Part shown: one piece after another, positions 35,292 through 64,000 of the stretch
Layout: each line of letters opens with the position of its first letter
Numbering within the stretch: position 1 is the stretch's first letter
Origin: Chiloscyllium plagiosum
Lineage: Eukaryota
Length of the DNA: 64,000 nt
NCBI RefSeq assembly: GCF_004010195.1
Contig: NC_057719.1
Coordinates: 64,045,196-64,109,195, forward strand
Reading direction: 5' to 3'
The notes under the pieces: generated by a model
Told to the model about the DNA's origin: nothing
What the model saw: the letters and a program-made list of their open reading frames with translations, nothing else
Database searches by the model: none
Program-made: the position numbers and the translations under genes

Positions 35292-35488
35292 ATTGAAAAA
35301 CATGGTGTTGGAAAAGCACAGCAGGTCAGGCAGTATCCAAGGAGCAAGAGAATCGATGTTTTGGGCATAAGCCCTTCATCAGGAATCAATTCTCCTGCTC
35401 CTCGGATGCTGCCTGACCTGCTGTGCTTTTCCAGTGCCCCACGTTTCGACTCTGATCTCCAGCATTAGCAGTCTTCACTTTTTTTCTC
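35292..35488. mobile_element. palindromic Penelope-like insertion with 14-bp TSD (EIF2S1 intron 1)
   Basis: Inverted arms tggaaaagcacagcaggtcaggcag / ctgcctgacctgctgtgcttttcca; TSD ataattgcattatt at 35278-35291 and 35489-35502. Confidence 0.82.
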
Positions 35489-36459
35489 ATAATTGCATTA
35501 TTGCAAATTGTTTTTCAGTTTTCTAATCTCTTTGATGTAGATAGACTTGAACAAAACTATTAAAAATCTGAACCCTTTTTCTTAAGTTAATAAATGAAAT
35601 GAAATATAGATATTTGAAATAAAAATGAAATGAAAATTGCACTATGAAGTAACAGGTATGTCACAAAAATGGCCAGATTGGCTTCAAACCACCACATGCA
35701 ATTAGTCTTGGCTGACAGCTCCTATTGATTTTTATTTGAAGTTTATTGAGCTATCCAAAGCCTGCATCAATGGATTTTCTGTCATTCTGATTCCATAGCT
35801 CTATTGTAAATTCTCGTGGATTTAATATTGGAATGATGACACATGCAACCCTCCAGTGGCAGAATGGAAAATTCCTATAAAGCAACAATATCAAATTTAT
35901 TGCTACCTTCTCATCAACCTGGTCAGAGATGTTATTCCACACATTGAACCTAGGCCCACATGTTGACTTAAAGGTACTTTATAGTTATTTTAATTAATCG
36001 GTATAGACACATAGAGCTTCACTCCTTCAGATGTGACTCAGAGGTGGGGACACTGCCATTGCACCATCTTGTGTCCCATCTTGTTTCTTTATATCCTGGG
36101 GAATTTAATGGAGATATAACAGTGCATATGTATTCGTCAAAAAGGTTGTCCCTTGGCTTCTGCTGGATTTTCCTGTGTTGGGGATGGCAGTCTGCTCCCT
36201 TGTTTAATTAAGGTGAAACTCTGCCTCAGAGGACTAAAATTAAAACTGTGGGCCCAGTGAAAGTCCAGCTTCCAGGGGCATCTTTTATATGTGAAACTTT
36301 GCCTCATTGCTTCCATTGAAGTACCAGTGCTTGATCTGTTGCACAAGTGTGGTTTCCTCTCTCACTGGCATCTGGACTGAAAAAAGTTGGGTTCAATCCA
36401 CTATAGCTCAGAGCATATAATCTATGCTGACACTTCATTGAGAAATGACTGGTTTCAGA

Positions 36460-36870
36460 GGAGGTTCCCCATGATTATGCCTGGAATGGAAATTTAAGTT
36501 ATGAGGAAAGTTCAGATAGGCTTGGGTTGTTTTCATTGGAGCAGAGAAACTAAAGGGCAATCTGATTGAGGTGTACAGGATTGAGGGGTGTACAAGTTGT
36601 GGATGAGGAGCCATTATTCCCCTAAATTGGAAAGTCATTTGTGAGGGGCAAGGTCATTTGTGAGGGGCAGGAGGTTTAAAAGGGATGTGAGGGAAAAACC
36701 TTTTTACCCAGTGGATGGTGATGGTCTGGAATGAGCTGCCTCAGAGGGTGGTAGAGGCAAAGTATCTCGCGTCCTTTACTAAGTAGCACTTGGCATGTCA
36801 TAACATTCAAAGCTGTGTGCGAGTTGCTGGTGTTGGTTGAATAGACTCTTCTGCACTGTATGATTCTATG
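36460..36870 (+). mobile_element. CR1 3' fragment
   Basis: RGDLIEVY-like ggcaatctgattgaggtgtacag; WNELP tggaatgagctgcc; tail tatgattctatg. Confidence 0.7.
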
Positions 36871-38484
36871 GCTGCATGATTGGGTGTTCACCTTTGTATG
36901 AGAACATAGGTTTGAGTGTTGGGAGTATTTCTGTTGAGTGAAAGAAGACGAAGAAGAGTTTTTTTAAATTATGAAGGGTTTTGAGACAATTTGGTAAATA
37001 GCTTTATTGAAATCTTGATCAGTTGTTGGAGGGCATCAATTTAAATGAGTTAGGTAAGTTAGGATAAACCTGTAGTGCTTTCACATAAAGTAGTGAAAGC
37101 AGAGGCTACTGCATCTTTTAATGGAAGAGAAGAATATTTGAAGAGGTAAGATTTTGAGAATAAGTAACTTGTGAGATGGTTTTAAATTGTTTTAGCAGCA
37201 AGTTAGGTCACCAAAATACTCCTTGCGTAAATTCCTGTGATTTTAAATTCTCTATGCAACTCCTTCCCTAAGCAATAACAAAGAAACTTCATTTTTTAAA
37301 AAAAGTGTAAGGTAGAATATTTAAGCTTCAGTGTTATTTCCATATAATCAGTGCCCTGTTAAAAGAAAACACAGAAAAAATGCATCAGACATCAAATGCC
37401 TTTGGTATGTCTGGAAAATGTGTGCATGGATGTTTGGGAAAAACAGGAACTGCTTAGCTGTGACGTTATTGTTTTGTTTTCAAAGAATAGTTAATTTGGT
37501 GATGCATAGAAGATGGTTACTCAGTGGGAAGTAAATGGTTAAAAAAAACTGTAGATTTAAATAATTTCAGCATAATTTGCAAGAATTGCATTTCAGATAC
37601 AGTCATTTGCTAGTCAGCATTAGTGAATTAAATGCTATATGTCAACAAGGCCAGATACTTTTTGTTATGCCTGTTCAGAGATTCTGATAACTTGTAAATT
37701 ATTAGAACAGCACAAACCAATGATTCTTACACTTCCAGGAAAGCTAATTTTAAAAATTCAGAAAAGAATTAAACCTTGCATGTTTAACCAGTTCTGTGAA
37801 TTGTTAATGAACATTGTAGCAAGTGACCTACTTCCTGCCTTTGCTCCACCTCCCTTAACAGTTTTGATTAACAAAAGTCTGTCAGTCCCCAGTTTAACGT
37901 GAATATTTGTTTGAGCACCAATTCCCAAATGTTCTCAATTTTTGCTACTGTGTTTAGAAATGTTTCCAGATTTCACTCCTAAATTTTTGTTCTATATTTT
38001 TGGATTGGGCCTCTAAATGTTGAACTCTGCATCCACCAGAGATGGTGTGTGTTCAAAGAACCCAGCTGTTACCTTGAAGATATATGAATTGTAGAACATA
38101 TGTGCTTTTATGCTTGGATCAGCTAATGATTGGTATCTTTCTGGTTTGTATAGCTGAGCGTCTCACTGGTTGAACTCATTCTATTTTCGTGTATTCCGTG
38201 CCAATCCATAATATAAAGTAATTAACCATCATTCAAAAAAATTTAGCATTCATTAAAGTTGCAAACAAACAAATTTTTTGAAGTGGCAGGAGTAACTAAA
38301 AACATCTTTGGTTTGTGCTTTTCTACATAAACATTGCAAAAAGCACATTCTCTGCAAATAAAAAAAACTTTGCATTGAACTTCTGAATTAAAGAAACTTT
38401 TTTTTTGATTGTTAGGTATTATGCTCCTTTCTTGTTCCCTTGAAGCTGCCAAGCTGAAATGAACTATATGTGGAGTTAAACTGA

Positions 38485-61581
<23,097 letters not shown>

Positions 61582-62049
61582 TTAACTGCTAGCCACTAGG
61601 CGTTGATGAGGGAAAAACAAAACTCCATTCATAACACCAGACTCCAAAGTTATCAGTATTGGACGTATCCAAAAGACTTCATGCAAAAGTATTTGATTTT
61701 TTTCATTTACATAGCTTGTAATTGGTAATTGTTCTGATACTTTTATTTTTCTTCGGTTTCAAATAGAAAATATTTCACGCAGTTTCCATAGTTTGTGATT
61801 GGAAATTTTCCTGGTATCTTTATTTCACAACTGGATCAGAGAGTGTCACAAACGTAGTCAACATTTTTGTACTATAAGCTATAACAACCACTAACACCAC
61901 CAACATCATCCCCACCCCTCCTCCACACCCAGAAAAACACTTGGAAATTGCTAAATAATCATCCTGGAGTTATGCAAGAATTGGTTCTGTAGGAATGAGA
62001 AAAAAGCTTTTTGAGCAAGATTGTATTCAAAACATTTAACAAAAAAAAA

Positions 62050-62220
62050 AATAAACATTGGTAAAATGAAGTGATCTTCGAGACTCTCAACATTTTTTTT
62101 CTCGTACCATCAGATGCATTGTATTTGCACACTGCAGACAAATCATGGTGGGTATCATCGCAAGTTTACAGCTTGTTGCACTTTTAAAGTTTGAAGCTCA
62201 AGTAGATGCTAAAAATTAAA
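62050..62220 (+). terminator. candidate EIF2S1 polyadenylation signals (AATAAA 62050-62055; ATTAAA 62215-62220)
   Basis: Hexamers ~470 and ~635 nt past the stop codon; the second is followed by U/GU-rich sequence. Confidence 0.45.
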
Positions 62221-62639
62221 TAGTTTTAATCTATTTCCTGCTGTTTCTGCAGTTGAACCTGCTTTTTATTTGTCAGTTATTGATTGAAATTTTGATTGCA
62301 AGTCCAAACCACTCATTTATAAATATTTTTCATTTTGAGAGGGAACTTGTGTAGAATTGAACACCTTGGCATTGCTTCCTGAATTTTAGGAAGGTTGTTC
62401 TCATTGGTTGGTGTTTAGTTAATTCTGTCCTTGGTCAGAAGATGTTCACACAGTTGCAGGTGAAGTTGTCATTGCTGCTGTGCACAATTTGTCCTCATTC
62501 TCCAAAACATCAACCTAATTTATTGCCTGTTGTACTTAAGGTATCTCAAATGTTTGAAGTGTAGCTCACATCAGAAATAGTGATAAGATGTAAGATATTG
62601 AACAATAACATATCACAATGTTATATATTATGCATATTT

Positions 62640-63400
62640 GCTTACGAGATATGGGCAACACCAGCCAAGCCAGCATTTATTTGACATCCCTAATTATCCT
62701 GGAGAAGATGACAATGAGCTACTGCCTTGAATTGCTGCTGCCTGTGGAATATAGGGGCACTCGTGCTGTTAGGAAGGGAGTTCAGGGTGTTGACACTGCA
62801 ACAGTGAAGGAATGCATCTGTTGCCCTTGTCCTTCAAGGTAATAGAAGTTGGAAGTTTGGAAGATGCTTTCAGAGTTATCTTTGTGAGTTACTGTCATGC
62901 ATCTTGTGCACACTACCACTGTGGTAATAACGAGGGAGCCAAATAAGTTAACTACTTTGTCGTAGATGGTGTTGATCTCCCTGTAGTGTGTTGGAACTAC
63001 CAGGCAAGTGGACAGGATTACATTATATTCCTGAAATGTGCCTTATACAGGGTGGACAGACTTGCAGCATTTGTAGCCTCTGATCTGCTCTTGTGCATAC
63101 AGTATTTCTGCAGCTGATCGAGTTCCGGTTTTGGTCAATGGTAAACCCAAGAATGTTGGTCGAGGGGGATTCTTTAGTGATGACGCCATCAAATATCCAC
63201 AGGCAGTTGTTACAGAAAAACTATTTTCTAATCAGCCTGTTCAGAGTTTATTGCTCTCATCTAGAACAGGTGGGTCTCAAACCTAGGCCTCCTGGCTCAA
63301 AGGTAGGAATGCTACCACTGCACCAAAAGAGTCTTGCATTCTGTTGTTGGGGATCGTCATTGACTGGCATTTCAGAACCATTTCATATATTTGAGGCTTG
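62640..63400 (-). mobile_element. degraded CR1/L2-group LINE with a short SINE nested at ~63220-63333
   Basis: Reverse-complement similarity to 46000-46795 (cagcatttatttgacatccctaatt tail). Confidence 0.65.
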
Positions 63401-64000
63401 ACAGTACTGGCTGGATTTGAGATCTCCAGCCTGTTACGTTTGCCCACTCTTGTGATTGGCCAACTTGTGACAGGTGAGGCTGTAATGTCTCTCCGTGTCC
63501 AAAATACTGGAGGCGAATTCAGCTGCTAAACCACCTATTCACAAAATCAAATTTTACTGTCACTATTTATTTCCAAGTGTCTACAGTTACGGTGGTGCAT
63601 TTGTTAAACACCAAGTATTAAGTAGATACAAAATTCCAACAGCCAACCTGACTCCTGAACTATGGGAATTGCATTCATTGATATCTTTGCTAGCGGTGGT
63701 TTTCTGAACTGAACCAGGGTGAAAATAGTTTCAGCTGAGCTTTTATATATTTTGGTGTTAACAATGGTTACTGAAAAATGTTGAACACAGATATTGTGGG
63801 AGATGATGTCAAACTTAAGTCCACCATTATTTGTGTTGGCTTTGATTTAAACTATATAATGTTTTAGGAAATATGATATAGTTTAAATTTACGCCAGGAA
63901 TGGGCAATGCTTTTGGATACAGAACAGCATCTGCATACAGAAGTTATATGGGGATCATAAATACTCATGCTAAAAAAATTAAAGATCAATTTAGGTGTAA

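Noticed and set aside
36633..36670. ~19-bp tandem duplication (gtcatttgtgaggggca x2)
   Set aside because: Ordinary slippage duplication inside a CR1 remnant.
63400..64000. Possible 3' end of PLEK2 (next gene in human synteny)
   Set aside because: No coding exon is recognisable; cannot be supported from the sequence.

Overview
Vertebrate genomic DNA, most likely from an elasmobranch (shark); this is inferred from the HE1/V-SINE-type and CR1 repeat content. The window holds two complete, intact housekeeping genes arranged head-to-head around a CpG-rich bidirectional promoter (~33.5-34.8 kb). ATP6V1D (V-ATPase subunit D) lies on the minus strand with 9 coding exons (33632->17900, 246 aa). EIF2S1 (eIF2-alpha) lies on the plus strand with a probable non-coding exon 1 and 7 coding exons (38671->61581, 315 aa). 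All coding-exon introns are GT-AG and the phases join into open frames. The rest is dense transposon debris (CR1-group LINEs, tRNA-derived SINEs) plus an 851-N assembly gap. The most interesting non-genic signals are: (i) palindromic Penelope-like insertions with 14-16 bp TSDs carrying minimal hammerhead-ribozyme cores, one intact in sense in EIF2S1 intron 3 and another with a compensatory U3:A8 core variant; (ii) a clean 770-bp solo LTR with a 5-bp TSD and triplicated enhancer-like repeats, apparently nested in an older gag/integrase-bearing relic; (iii) a near-perfect 38-bp hairpin in EIF2S1 intron 4; (iv) NRF1, CLEAR-type E-box, DR1 and YY1 motifs in the shared promoter. I found no evidence of a wholly new protein-coding system. 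Repeat boundaries without TSDs are approximate, and family names come from motif recognition, not a database search.
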